A model generated the notes under the pieces. The model saw only the letters and a list, made by a program, of their open reading frames with translations, did not search any database and had not been told where the DNA came from. The translations under genes and the position numbers were made by a program. A stretch of DNA of 64,000 nt from Octopus vulgaris (Eukaryota): NCBI GenBank assembly GCA_951406725.2, contig OX597834.1, positions 124,001-188,000 of the forward strand. Reading direction: 5' to 3'. Below are positions 1 to 13,398 of the stretch, one piece after another (within the stretch, counting starts at the first letter, position 1; each line of letters opens with the position of its first letter).

Positions 1-239
1 AGGCAGGGAGCCATTGAACACTGACAGGGTGTCACCACTATCACTAAGGAGTCCTATTTACCCCAGTTTTTAAATCAGAGTGTTCATTCCCCTAGACAGA
101 CTGACAACCAAGGCTCATGAGTTCTGTTTACTCATTTTTGGAATGGCCTTTGACATTTTAAGTTCCTCTGCCCTTTGCTGGGTTTTGTTTGTAATCCCAC
201 AGGTAGTCGAAAATCCACCCTCTTCACCATCCTGAAATG

Positions 240-1431
240 GACACAAGTGGAGATTAACCCAATTGCACAACCCAAAAGACAATGACAATGTATGGTGCCC
301 TTCATCCTAAGGCAAATGTACCCAGGCTCTACATGAAGAGGGGTAAAGGTGGACGTGGGCTGACTAGCATATGGGAGAACATCAACAGTGAAAGAAGAAA
401 CATGGCAGAATATTTGGTAAACAGCAAAGAAGACCTGCGACAGTATGCTGCTAATGCAGAAGGATTTAACAAAAATGGACTTGAGAGTGCTCGTGAATTC
501 CAATGAAGATCAGCCAATGAGAGAGAAGAAGCCCTACTCCACTTGGAATTACATGGTCAGCTCCACCGTGAAACCAACAAATTAAAAGACCAGGAAGCAT
601 CATGGAAGTGGCTCCAGAAGGTTGACCTAAAAAAGAATATTGAAAGCCTAATCATCACTGGCCAGAACTAGGCATTGAATACCAAATCAGTGTGAAAAAG
701 AATATATACCACATAAGTGCACCGGACCTCTGCAGAATGTGTGGGAAGAGGTTTGAAAGCTTGACTCACATTGTTATTGCTAGTGAAAGTCTTGTGCAGA
801 AAGAGTACAAGTGTAGACACGACAAGGTAGCCGAAAAACTCCACTGGCTACTATGCTGTAAATATGGATATGAGGTTACGGGTGCTCGGTGCCAACATAC
901 AGCAGAAAAGGTAATGGACAAAAAGGAGAAGGCAAAAATCCTCTGGGACTTTGACTTCCAGACAGACAAGGTATTAGAGCACCAAGGCTGGATATAGTAA
1001 CCTTTAGGAGGGACAAACAAAAATGTTTAATAATTGATGTAGCAGTACCAGGAGATCAACATTTCATCATGAAAGAAAGAGAAAAGTTTGATAAATATGG
1101 AGACCTGAGGATTGAGATTGCTAAGATGTGGCAGCTACGAGAGTCAAACATAAAGGTTATCCTTATTGTTATTGGAACACTAGGTTCAATAGCATCCAAT
1201 CTGAAAAAACATCAGAAAACTTTAGAAATACCCTACAATCTAGGTGTATTGCAAAAGTCGGCATTGTTTGGAACTGCACACATATTGTGTAAAGCACTGT
1301 CTGTCTGAGGTCCTTGTTATGGCTTGAGTACAAACCCCAGGTAGACATAATATCTTCAATCAACAACTTCACCATATTGTATACTGTGCGATGTCTACTG
1401 TAGTAGTAATAATAATAACAATAATAATAAT
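240..1431 (+). mobile_element. Decayed Dong/R4-clade non-LTR retrotransposon, 3' part (RT end, CCHC knuckle, restriction-like endonuclease)
   Basis: Broken ORFs with RLYMKRGKGGRGL, CRMCG..ESLTHIV, RHDKVA, KILWDFDFQTD and LQKSALFGTAHIL, followed by a (TAA)n tail. Confidence 0.85.
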
Positions 1432-1979
1432 AGGTATCTGAGTGATCTCCAGTATACGGACCAAAAGACCAGAAAACAGCTGATACTAAACAGAAGTAGT
1501 GGGGGAGCATCGTAGCCATGTGTTGAGAGGAATTCTTTGGGGTTTGAATAATTCACCTCTGGAAACATGGGTGTTTCATTCATCGTCCTTAAATAAACCT
1601 TATTCAGGGACCTTTTGAGCGAGATGGACTACTTGACATGATGAAAATTTTAACTGGGTCTCACCTGCAAGGTTATATGCTATTTACCTTGATAGGAGAT
1701 TACCATGTCTCACACATATGGTTGTGATGCATGTGCCTGGTAGACTCTTATCAGATGGGTAGTCATGATGGGTATATTGGGCTTCATATAATTGTACCCC
1801 AGTGTCATTTTGATGGCATGCGCTGCTCTCTCACTCAATAATAATAATAATAATAATAGTAATTTAAGCAAATTCTAACCCTCTAAAATGAGGTAGAAAA
1901 GCTTTGTTGAAACATTGTATTTTTTTTTAACTATAAATATATTTTTGGATAGTAGCCATTAGTCTTATTTCTCAGTCAC

Positions 1980-2066
1980 CAAAAAGTGACTCCAAATGAG
2001 GCAGTAGCAGGAGCTAATCCTAACGGGGCCAAAACAGAAGAGAACGTCTCCCCTAATTTCTTTTTA
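1980..2066 (-). CDS. Candidate 87-nt exon (KKKLGETFSSVLAPLGLAPATASFGVTF in phase 2)
   Basis: Strong acceptor tttttttttctggttttcag, donor TG|gtgact. Open only in phase 2; phase 0 begins with TAA. Confidence 0.35.
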
Positions 2067-2488
2067 CTGAAAACCAGAAAAAAAAAATAATAGACAGGAA
2101 CAATTATAATGAAAGAGTAACATTTTGAGAAGTAAAAAGGAAGAAAAAAGGGATGCAAAAATGGGAGACAAATGCCGCATCAACAATAAATTGATAGCTA
2201 AGTATCAGCCCCTTCCATTTGGGATTTAATTCTCATCATGGTGACCTAGAGGGATCAAATTTGCAGATGATTAAAGCTGCATGATGTGCCTTCATCCTAC
2301 CTTGATGCTCCTTTTTTAGTTTTTCAGCTAAATTTTAAGCCTGTTTCAACATTTTGTATAAATGTTTGATTCGTCCTCACTTTATTACACGTATCTTTAT
2401 CATCAAATGTTTCGTAGCTCTTTTATATCACAATTTTGTACTGTACAAGTGAGACCTTGTGGTTAATACAAAAAGGGTTATTATTATT

Positions 2489-2636
2489 CCGAGTTCAAAT
2501 CCCGCCGAGGTTGACTTTGCCTTTCATCTTTTGGGGGTTGATAAAATAAGTACCAGCTGAGTACCGGAGTCGATGTAATTGACTACCCCCTCCCCCAAAT
2601 TTCAGGCATTGTACCTATAGTAAGATTATTATTATA
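2489..2636 (+). mobile_element. SINE fragment. Related copies at ~9973-10182(-), ~37780-38170(-), ~41720-41900(-) and ~55400-55560(-)
   Basis: B-box-like gagttcaaatccc, shared body gactttgcctttcatc...gataaaataagtaccag, (TTA)n tail. Confidence 0.7.
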
Positions 2637-3916
2637 GTGTTAGGAAGGGCATACAGCCACAGAAACCATGCCAAAAACAACACTGGAGTTCAACACAGCT
2701 CTGAAGCTTGCCAGTTCCCTGTCACATTGTCTAACCCATGCCAGCATAGAAAGCAGACGTGTAATTATTATTATTATTATTATTATTAGTATTCTATTCT
2801 GGTTCTTTATGTTCTGAGTTCCTTTCAAGGTTGATAATATAAGTACCAGCTGAGCGCTGGAGTTGATGTACTTGACCTGCCCAAGTCTCCTTCCCCAAAA
2901 TTTCAGGCCTCATGCCTAAAGTAGGAAGATTATTATTATTATTATTATTGTTATTGCTCCGATTTTCAAGAACTGAAATGTCATAGATTATGGTTAAGAA
3001 TATGCATTTGTTTAGAAGTAAAATATTAAAATATTGGTGAGAACTTATTGAAACAAATTGATATTAAGGGATAATTTAAAGAAACATAAATATTTAACCC
3101 TAATTATTGGATACAAGACATTAATATTCAATGTTGACATCATATAAATATTCTAGAATGTTAAGTTTTTTTAAAAAATAAACTTGAATATATTTCTCTG
3201 GTGCTGAAGAGATGATGGAAGAGAGAGAAAAAATATTGGAAAGGAAACTTATAAAACAGAATGTTTAGTAGAAGATTTTCTTAAGGTTTGTGAACAAATG
3301 TATGAGTTATGAGAGAAAATTCCTTCACCAGAATATGTTGAAAACAGATAAAACTTTGAGAAGAAATGACACACAAACTACTAATCCAAGTCGAAAGATC
3401 AAAACTATGTAATTTCATTTCTTACAAAATCTAACAACATTCTAATAAAATAAAAACAAATAAATAGAAGGATTTGATGTTGTTCAGCGTGCAGGGTCAT
3501 ACACTACCTGGGGAAATATTAAATCATACACTACCTGAGAAATGTTAAGTCAACAAACAAGAAAAACAGAAAACAAAATAGGATGTAGATTAGGTCAATG
3601 ATTAAAACACAATCCAATGTAATGATTAGATTTCAAATGTAAAATTTTAAAATTCAATGATATAAAATTTTATTTTTTAAATTAGTTAAGACTAGTAATA
3701 ATTTAATTGAGAGAATCTGATAAATAACCCAACATGTTGACATATTTGAATAAAAAACAAACATCAATAAAATCACAGATAAAGCATTGTCAAGGTGAAA
3801 ATAAATGTGTGACAAAAGAGAGAAAGAAAGAGATGAGAAAAAGAGAAAGAAAGTGAAAGTTCTTGTCAACCTTACCAGCAGGGACTAGTTTCCTGCAAAT
3901 AGAAGATGAAGCATAC

Positions 3917-4034
3917 CTGTAAACTGGCAGTTTCACTTTTTTGTACAGAGTTATCTTTCTTACGTCGACTACTGCCACGGCGAAGGAAACTGAATGAGCG
4001 CTGCCAAGTTGTCTTATCATGGTTCCTATCGACG
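3917..4034 (-). CDS. CACNA1A/B/E (Cav2, cac): Cav2 distal C-terminal exon (NVDRNHDKTTWQRSFSFLRRGSSRRKKDNSVQKSETASLQ)
   Basis: ttgttttcag acceptor, CAG|gtatgc donor. 118 nt, phase 2 to 0, continuing the frame of 6013-6125. Confidence 0.88.
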
Positions 4035-4730
4035 CTGAAAACAAAGCAAACCAGTATTAAGATACAGAAAAATAATTAGCTTAATATATATTTTCCCTAG
4101 CTTCACTGCAACATTTTCTAACTTGTATTTCTTCCTTTTCTATCTTTTGGCCTTTGTCTTCTCTCGTGTCTCTTTCCCATTTATAACCTCACTAACACAC
4201 TCTTGCCCCAATCACTCTTTCCCTGGCATCATTGTCTCTCTTCCATTTACCTTCTTGACTGGATAAAGACAACTCTTAGATGCTTGCCAGGAACAAGGCA
4301 ACTTCTAGTACTGATATCATGACATGAAGCCAGTAGGGGATAAGGGGGGGGGGCACCCAGCTATAGAGACTCTACCAAAACTGGTGTGTGTGTGTGAATG
4401 AAACATGGTCTGTGACCCCCATCCAGAAAGGCAACAACTCCTCCAAATCAGGAGAAAGACTGTGACAAACTGTCCAATCCATGCTCCAACATGAACAATG
4501 AGCAGAAATTGATGGGAATTTGAAAAATTAAAACATTGAGATCAAAATTAATAAAACAACAGTGCCATACACTTGATAACTCCTTATCTGAACATGGAAG
4601 CAGAAAGGGTTGAAATTTTGGATTTTAGTATTATTGAATATTTACATCTATAAAATCAAACAGCTTGCAAAGGAAACTGAAATTCTAAACATGTTATTAA
4701 GTCATATTTCATAATGCAGTTTAAGCATAC

Positions 4731-4765
<35 letters not shown>

Positions 4766-4823
4766 AGCTAGATGTGTGATATTACTGATGAGTTGGATCT
4801 GTGTAACATAATGTAATAAAGTG

Positions 4824-4902
4824 TTACCCTGACGATCTGTTGTGGTTCAACATCCTGTGCAGAGGATGCAAATAACCACAACAGTGAAAAGCATGTAAGG
4901 AA
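4824..4902 (+). ncRNA. Type I hammerhead ribozyme-like motif (PLE-type, helix I partly decayed)
   Basis: CTGACGA core at 4829. Perfect 11-bp helix II CTGTTGTGGTT/AACCACAACAG with inner CATCCT/AGGATG, then GAAA, short helix III and GTA. Confidence 0.6.
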
Positions 4903-4974
4903 GGAATTCTATAAACTTATAAACTTATGTTTATCATATATATATATATGTATATATTTATTAATATTTTGCCA

Positions 4975-5178
4975 GCTCTGTCTGGCACCTGTGCAGGTGG
5001 CACGTAAAAAGCACCCACTACACTCACGGAGTGGTTGGCGTTAGGAAGGGCATCCAGCCATAGAAACACTGCCAGATCAGACTGGGCCTGATGAAGCCTT
5101 CCAGCTTCACAGACCCCAGTTGAACCGTCCAACCCATGCTAGCATGGAAAGCGGACGCTAAATGATGATGATGATGAT
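4975..5178 (+). mobile_element. RTE-like LINE/SINE 3' end. Related copies at ~2640-2790, ~19395-19795 and ~25235-25380
   Basis: Recurrent gttggcgttaggaagggcatccagc...aacccatgctagcatggaaa ending in (GAT)n. Confidence 0.65.
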
Positions 5179-5210
5179 ATATACATATCTATCTATCTAT
5201 CTACTCTTTA

Positions 5211-5250
<40 letters not shown>

Positions 5251-5272
5251 TAAACCGATAGATAGATAGATA

Positions 5273-5975
5273 CAGTGGGGTACCCAAAAGTAACCAGAAA
5301 CATTCTCTGTGAGACAAGCCCATTGTAGGTCAGATTTCCACTACTAGAAACTACTTTATGCCACGGTCTGCTGACCGGCATTCAGGCATCAGTATGCTGG
5401 CCAGCGTTGTCCAGTGGAGTTGTACTGCCACATGGTGCATCTTTGTATTGCAGTGCTTCTCCTCTGTTTGTTGATTTTTGCGATGGCTGAAATGAAGGAA
5501 AACAACAGCCAAAACAGTTATCATACTTCAAACTGGTTTTCACGCTTTAGGAATGGTCACTTGTTGCTGGATGACCAACCTCGTTCAGGGTGACCATTGA
5601 CCTCATGAATAAAAAAAGACATCATGAAAATTCATGAACTAATCTTGGAAGACCGTCACCGAGCAATTGACGAACTTGTGTGTCCTGGAGCCCCTGCCAC
5701 AAATTTTGAGTGAGGAATTGCGAATGAAAAGAGTTGTAACAAAATTTGTGCCTTGCTTGCTCACCGAAGATCAGAAAACAGTCACAATTGAATGAATGTC
5801 ATGAACTGAAATAACAGTTGGAAGTTGATCCTGACCTTCTTTCAAAGGTCACCACTGGTGACGAAAGCTGGTACTATGGAATTTGCAGATGTGAAAGAGC
5901 TGAAGAAAAAAATGCTGGAGACCTTAAATGGCATCACTTCACAACAGTTCCAGGACTGTTTCGAACAGTGGAAAG
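5273..5975 (+). mobile_element. Decayed mariner transposon fragment
   Basis: Remnants DPDLLSKVTTGDESW and FQDCFEQWK. TA followed by a TIR-like start cagtggggtacccaaaagtaacc. Confidence 0.75.
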
Positions 5976-6012
5976 AAGAAGAAGAAAGAAAGAAAGAAAG
6001 ACTGGAACTTAC

Positions 6013-6125
6013 TTGTGACCTCCTTCTGTTTCATTGTCAGAATGTTCTGAATCAATACTCTGGCTTGAACGAGCAGATGGGGTCCTCATGACACCAATTA
6101 TCCGCTGGAAGAATGACGGTGGACG
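6013..6125 (-). CDS. CACNA1A/B/E (Cav2, cac): Cav2 distal C-terminal exon (RPPSFFQRIIGVMRTPSARSSQSIDSEHSDNETEGGH)
   Basis: (CT)n tract then ttag acceptor, gtaagt donor. 113 nt, phase 0 to 2, in frame with the IQ exon and the next exon. Confidence 0.88.
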
Positions 6126-6126
6126 C

Positions 6127-6175
<49 letters not shown>

Positions 6176-6910
6176 AGGAAAGGGAGAGAAAGAGAGTGTG
6201 AGATTTGAGAAATAAAAGGAAAAAAATTTACATTTTATATTGCAATTTGAAATCACAAATCATTCCAAAGAATGAAATTTAAATAAAAAAAATTATAAAA
6301 TTGCAAAGTTGAATGTGTTGTTTATAAATTGTCAGCTTTAAATGTAACTTAATTTCATGCTTTATTAAAAATACTGGATGATAGTAGTGACATCTAAACA
6401 GATTGCAACCAGTTGACAGAATTTATGGGGACACTCAATAAATGGTGGCATGGCTCTTCAATTGTCACTGTGGGGCAGTGCCCCAAACTTTGGAATAGCT
6501 TTGATAGAGGATCTCTATTGTAAGAACCCTGCTCTTTGGTATCTTTAGATATAAAATGCAAATGTCTAAAATATATATTCAGTTTCAATCTTGGTTGAAC
6601 AAAATTTAACTGAAAGTGGACTTAATAGGAATAACTATTGAGAAATAGAGGAAATTGTGGAAGAACTCAATAAGTGAAGAATCTTGTATTTTGGACACTT
6701 GACCTTCACCTGAAAGTCAAGAAAACAAAGTGTGGAATGAAGACCACAACCAGTTTTCAGATCATATTAAATGTGTTTGTTGTTAATTATGAAGTCAAAT
6801 AAGATTTTAATTGGGTTTTGGAATCAAAAGAGCACTATGACCATGAAATTCTAAGATAGACATAGGAGAGTCTTGTAGTTTGCTTGAAGCATTGTGTATT
6901 GTTTGGGAAA

Positions 6911-8245
6911 TATAATGTGTCTTGAATGGCACAACAATGCACCATAATAACAATAATGGATTATAAGAACTGTTATAATTTAATCATCCATAGTCTGATA
7001 TAATATTTCGGAAAATTAAAAATTCCTTCTTCAGATATTCCTAGGAATTGATCGAATCACTGCTATGATCAGTTTTCCAATGGTCTTCTTTTTTTCCGGA
7101 AGCATTTCTACAAGAAAGCAGCCAGTAGAGATAGGTTTGTCCAGTACAATTCAGCACTTCCACTTGGTGCCAAACTAAGATATGCCAGAAATGAACTTGC
7201 ACGCATCCAGAGCAAGTGCAGCAGGACAGAGTGTAAGGTGAGCCACACTACATGCTTCCTAGAAATATTGAAAACCAACGGGTACCCTATATCCAATATA
7301 AATCGGTTTAAGTACCCAAGATGACCAACATGCCGAACACATAGAAAACCCAGCAACACATGCTTCCTTAAAATAGCCCACTTTAGTGAGGGGATAACTA
7401 CAGCCATCTGAAAGGCCATAAGAAGAGAAGGACTAGACATACAACCAGCCCACTCCAGCCCCTCTCTGAAAAGGCACCTCACAAAGAAACGAGCAAGGGA
7501 CAGCAATCAATGCACACTAGCAAACTGTCCCATCCATGACACAGATTTATGCTAACGGGGAAATGTTGTGTATAGAATACAATGTAACAAATGCAACAAG
7601 TTCTATGTGGGTAGCACAACAAGACCGTTACACATTGACATCAAAGAACATCTGAACACAAGAGTCTCTTCCTTCAGAAAATATCTAGACAGATGCCGGA
7701 ACACCAACAAAAGCATAACAGTCACAATTGAGGTCAATGAAAGAAATTTGGGTAATTTAGGAATTAAGGAAGCTATCCTCATAGATAGACTAGGGCTCAA
7801 AATAAGAACAGGCTGCAGGTTGGCAGTCATTATATTATTTAGCTACATCTGGATGTGTGTAGGTTCATTTTTGATGATATGCTCATGTATTTTTTATAAA
7901 AAAGAAGAAAGATAAAAAAAGGAAACTGCACGTATAATACAAAACTTAGAAGCAGCACTACGGCTGTACCAGCACACACAAGCTTGAAACATGGCTGCCC
8001 TCACACACTCCTCATGAGGAATTCCGGAAGGAGCTTCGTGAGACCACTGCAGAGATGCTTCCAGAAAGAAAAAACCGTTGCAAAACCGATTACAGCAGTG
8101 ATTCGATCAATTCCTAAGGATATCTGAAGAAGGAATTTTTATATTCCAAAATATCATATCAGACTATGGATGATTAAATTACACCAGTTATTATAGTCCA
8201 TCATTGTTATTATGGTGCATTGTTGCACCATTCAAAACACATTAA
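6911..8245 (+). mobile_element. Penelope-like element fragment with ~195-bp inverted terminal repeats (6911-7106 / 8055-8245)
   Basis: GIY-YIG remnant VYRIQCNKCNKFYVGSTTRPLH..IKEHL and ILKTNGYP. The arms carry a degenerate CTGAAGA..GAAA motif. Confidence 0.85.
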
Positions 8246-10181
8246 GATATATGTATTTCATTGTGGGAGTTAACATCTCCGATTTCCATATTGCAGCAGG
8301 TTGTGCTGAAGTGGCCCTCACTGCCACTTCATCAGGAAAAGGAGCACCACAGGGATCAACCATCTTTCAAACCCTTTCCCTCTTTAATATTAACAACAAT
8401 TAACAATGCATTTTTAGAAAGAGTATGACGTATATTGATTCTATATTTTGATAATTATTGCAATTAGTGGACAATAATTTCATTGGTTGCAGCTGCCTCC
8501 CACCCAATAACACAAGACATTTGGTTCACTGATGGTCTTAACAGTGGAACTTGAGTATCTGCACCCTGAGGCAGAGCAAACATCTCAAAGGACATTGTTT
8601 ATAAAGTACAAGCTTTTTGATTTACTCCACTTGACATTAGTGAGGCCTCAAAGTCACAGTTTTTGTTCTAAATGACACAAAACTAATTAGGTGTTGCTCT
8701 TAGGTAAGATTAAAATATAATTGCTAAGATCCACAAACAGAGAGAGAAAAGGTGTGTGTGTGTGGGGGGGGGGTGAATGCTATTATGACAGCACATTAAT
8801 AACTTTGAGGTAACCTTTCAAACTAGAAAACAAAAATAACAAAGAATAAAAACCAGAGTTGAGCATGGAAACAGATGAGGTGTTTTAAAAACAAAAAAAA
8901 AAGACTAACAATTTCGTTGTTAAACAATTGTATGCTCTGCAATGCATGGAGCTTGCATTTCTGCTGATCTTGCAATGCAAAAATGAAGACAAAGGAAGAT
9001 GCTGTTGTTGCTTAACTGACTGAACAGATCTGGGACTTATGGCATTCCAACCATGACCATTCTGTCTTTTCCCAATGTGCAGGGAACCCTGTACCACATC
9101 TAACATGCCAGTCTTCTAGGACGGTAGGGTATGATTTGAGGTAAGTCAACTGCTGTTTCTAGCAAACTAAGTGACTCTGCAGAGACTTGTGTTCAGCTTT
9201 GGCTGAACAGCATTTTTCTGTGATGGCAACTCAACGGGAAAATCATTACCCAACCATAAGATTTCAGGTTCGGTCCTACTACACAGTAACTTGGGAATGT
9301 GTTTTCTACTACAGCCATGGGGTAACCAAAGCCTTGTGAGTGGATTTGGTAGGCAGAAGAGGGAAACTGAAAGAATCCCACCATGTGTGTGTCCTTGTCG
9401 TGACATGATGAGATGGTTGAAAATAAACTTCACCATCATATAGGAGATGTTATTCCTTTGAAGTCTTCTGTGTAAAACATATCTGGCCATGGGGGAAATA
9501 TTACCTCACTTGGGAACCAGTGGGGGTTGGTGACAGAAAGGGCATCCAGCCATAGAAAAATTGCCTCGACCAATTCTGTCTGGACCATGGAGATATTGAC
9601 AAGTTGATGTTACAATGATGTCACAAAACAAACCTGTAATTTTGATAAACTATCTCTAAAGGCATCTCTTTATATATGAAGCAAAGACATTTAATTCTAG
9701 CTGCTCGATTTCCCTTGCCATGGAAGAGTCTGATTATGACTACTGTAGTCCTTATTACACTTCCATCTGACCATAATGTAGCTAATTATTACATTTAATA
9801 ATGATACGGGTAATAATAACAACAATAATAATAGTAATAGCTGATATTTTCAATGATAATAAACAACAGATTTAACAACAAATGACAGACAGGACAAGAT
9901 TGAAATATAATAAAGAAAAGAAAAAAGTTGCATTAACTATAAAGCATTTTGAATAGTAACATAATAATAATAATCCTTTCTACTATAGGCAAAAGGCCTG
10001 AAATACAAGGGGGGGGGAGAAGGCTAGTCAATTAGATTGACCCCAGTGCTTGTCTGGTACTTATTTTATCAAGCCTGAAAGGATGAAAGTTAAAGTCAAC
10101 CTCAGTGGAATTTGAACTCAGAACATAAAGACAGACAAAATGCTGCTAAGCATTTTGTCCAGCATGCTAACAATTCTGCTT

Positions 10182-10213
10182 TAATAATAATAATAATAAT
10201 AACAATAATAATA

Positions 10214-10307
<94 letters not shown>

Positions 10308-10504
10308 TAGTAATAATAATAATAATAATGATAATAATAATAATGATAATAATAATGATAATAATAATAATAATGATGATAATAATAATAATAATGATAA
10401 TAATAATAATAATGATAATAATAATAATAATGATGATAATAATAATGATAGTAATAATAATAATAATAATGATAATAATAATAATGATAATAATAATAAT
10501 AATG

Positions 10505-10540
<36 letters not shown>
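10182..10540. repeat. (TAA)n/(TGA) trinucleotide microsatellite
   Basis: Direct reading. It explains ORFs 10112..10567 and 10167..10562. Confidence 0.97.
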
Positions 10541-12651
10541 TGTATAAATCAGGAGAAAACAAAATAAAACAAATAATTCATTTGAAAAAATGACATTTTA
10601 TGAGAAAATTTAACTTTAAATTAAAACCCATTTTATTTATTTTTGTAGCTCAGTCAATGAGGAATGACAGTAGCTGTAACCCTAAAAGAGGCTGATTGTG
10701 TTGTCATTAGAAAGTATATGAGGAAGTTATCCCTACACCTGATCTGGATGCTTGCAATGGAACAAGCCCTACCAAAGACACTTCCGGAACTCAGTAGCAG
10801 GTTTATACTGGGCAACAGACCAAGTCAACTGCTCAAGCCTCCTACAGGCTTCCATACAATTTCTTTCTATCAAATTTTATAATGTTTTGGTTGAGTCAAG
10901 GCTATGGTAGAAATACTTGTCCAAGGTGCCACATAATGGAACTGAACCAGAAACCATATACTTGTGGAATAAACTTATTAACCACACAAACATATATATA
11001 TATATATATATGTGTGTATGTATATTGAATGGTTAAATGTTATTTCAGTGTCAGCTGGAAACATTTAACTTCTGTTATCTTAGAAGTGTTTATTTTATTA
11101 AATATTGGTGAATATTTTAAAGATTCATAACTAATTCTAAGTATGATATTTTGCACAAGAATTAATGAATTATAATAAAATATTTAAATTTTTAGAATAG
11201 AAAATTAATTATTAGATAATTGCTTCACAAACTAAATTAAAGTTGCCGATTATTCTCTGCCTTATTTCATAAGAGAAATTATCAAAATATTTTGAATAAA
11301 ATATGGAAATGAGAATAAGTTAATTGTAAAGTGTTTACATCTGAAAGACTGTCATTAAGTGATATGGCTGTTAATAAGAAGAGAATTGCTTTATACCATG
11401 GTAAAATACTAGAGTAGATTTAAGCATCAGAGCCAATTTATTTTTTAACTATATGGATTTGGGTGATGAATAACAGTATTAAAAATTTTTTAATGGGATT
11501 AAACATAAAACAGGAAGTATTCTATTGCGTTTTATACCATACTGTATATTGTATGACACTTGAATCATTCAAAGTGTGACTACAGAAAGCCCTGCTCACC
11601 TATGTAGTCTAATAGCAGAGGTTGAACAAAACTGTATTTCACGAGAAATGGTCACTGCTGTGCATTTGATATTTATAGAAATAAAATGTTTGGTTTTAAT
11701 CAGAGGAGGAAGGCTAGAAACAATGTTTTAACAGGGCCTCCAACAGTGTTGACACTTTTGTATAAGACACCTCATCCAAATGCTTTCAACAGAGTGAAAT
11801 CTGTAAAAGTTCCTCAAGGTTCAGGTGATGGGGGTGGGGTGGGGTGAAGGGGATTAGCTCTGTTTTTCAATACATAACATATAAATAAATAGTTTATTTG
11901 AAGAAGAAGAAGAACTCAATTAAACTATCGTTTAGATCTTAAATCTATAACTGGGTAAACTTAAACAACTTAAGTTAAAAGTGTTCTTTTTTTTTCTTGA
12001 TAATAAATATAAGAGACTTCAATCAGAGACCAACAACTTTCTTTTGTAATGGCCACAGATATCATAGTTTACAAACAAACATGGCCTTGTTCCCACCCCA
12101 TTTCCATCACTGGCAATTCATATGGAAGCAAAATTCAAATCATAACACAAAAGACAGTCTAAAAGACATTGATACTCAACAACCCACAAATACATTCAAT
12201 TTGAACCGTTCTGAGGCCCACTGAGAACATCTAGTTTACTTGCATGCCATTCCTCATATGTTGCCAATTCTTGATTTTAATCAATAGACACACGATGCAG
12301 TTATCTTTGATGTATTGCCAGGTACAAAGAATTCAGACCCAATAAAGTAATAAAATTAACAGTTCTTAACAGTATTTAAACACTAGTTTGGAGGAAAGGA
12401 CTAATCTGTAACTTTCATGGCCATTCCACTTCCAAGACTAGTGAAGCAATGCTGTTAATGTTCCTTTTGAAGAAGTTAAATGTTTTGAAATGCACAGAGT
12501 TTCATTTAACTTATTCATACAGAATCTTATTTTCTAAATGGTTCAGTCACAATCATAAAAAAGGCCAAAATTCAACCCCACGAATCACCTGGGAATCAGC
12601 TATCCTCCTTATAACCAAACAGAAATTTGAGTAAGCTATTTATTATTTAGT

Positions 12652-12870
12652 GGAGGCACGTGGCTTAGTGGTTAGGGTGTCAGTATCATGATCATAAGAT
12701 TGTGGTTTCAATTCCTGGACCAGGCAACGCATTTTGTTCCAGTCCACTCAACTGACAAAAATGAGTAACGCTGCGATAGACTGGGGTCCCGTCCAGCTGG
12801 GGAACACATACGCCATTGAAACCGGGAAACTGGGCTCATGAGGCTGGCTAGGCTTTAAAAAGGGTGTATT
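12652..12870 (+). mobile_element. tRNA-derived SINE
   Basis: A-box tggcttagtggtt and B-box ggtttcaattcc, followed by a non-tRNA body. Confidence 0.65.
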
Positions 12871-13340
12871 TATTTTTTTTTTTTATTTCTTATTTCCTTT
12901 AATACACCATTTATCAGAACCTGGCTTTTGGGATTGGTTTACAATGTGGTTTTTCAATAAATAAATTGCATGGAAAACCATTGCTAGAGTTTCAATTTGA
13001 AGTAAATATTAGGAGAACATCTTTTATTCTAAGATGTGTTGGGGTTTCACAATCATAATGTCATGGGTTCGATTCTTGGACTGGGTGGCCTGTTGTGTCA
13101 TGTTGCTCCACCCTACTCAACTAAAATGAATACCAGCTGAGGAAGCCCCCTCCCTCCTTCCTGCTGTCACATCCTTGATGTTCTGTGCTGGGCCAAAAGT
13201 TACCAACATGGCATCTATATCTGTTTGTGACTACGCAGGCACCTTAAACTATTAGTGAAAGTAAGGTACATGTTACTAAATCATACTTGTAAGTGCGAGG
13301 TCTAAGATAAAAATATTTGTATAAATATTGTGTGTGAATG

Positions 13341-13383
<43 letters not shown>

Positions 13384-13398
13384 TCATGCATGTATGTA

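Noticed and set aside
10112-10567. Poly-Ile and poly-Leu ORFs
   Set aside because: (TAA)n microsatellite at a SINE boundary.
12652-12725. Possible tRNA gene
   Set aside because: A/B boxes are present, but there is no full cloverleaf and it continues into a SINE body.
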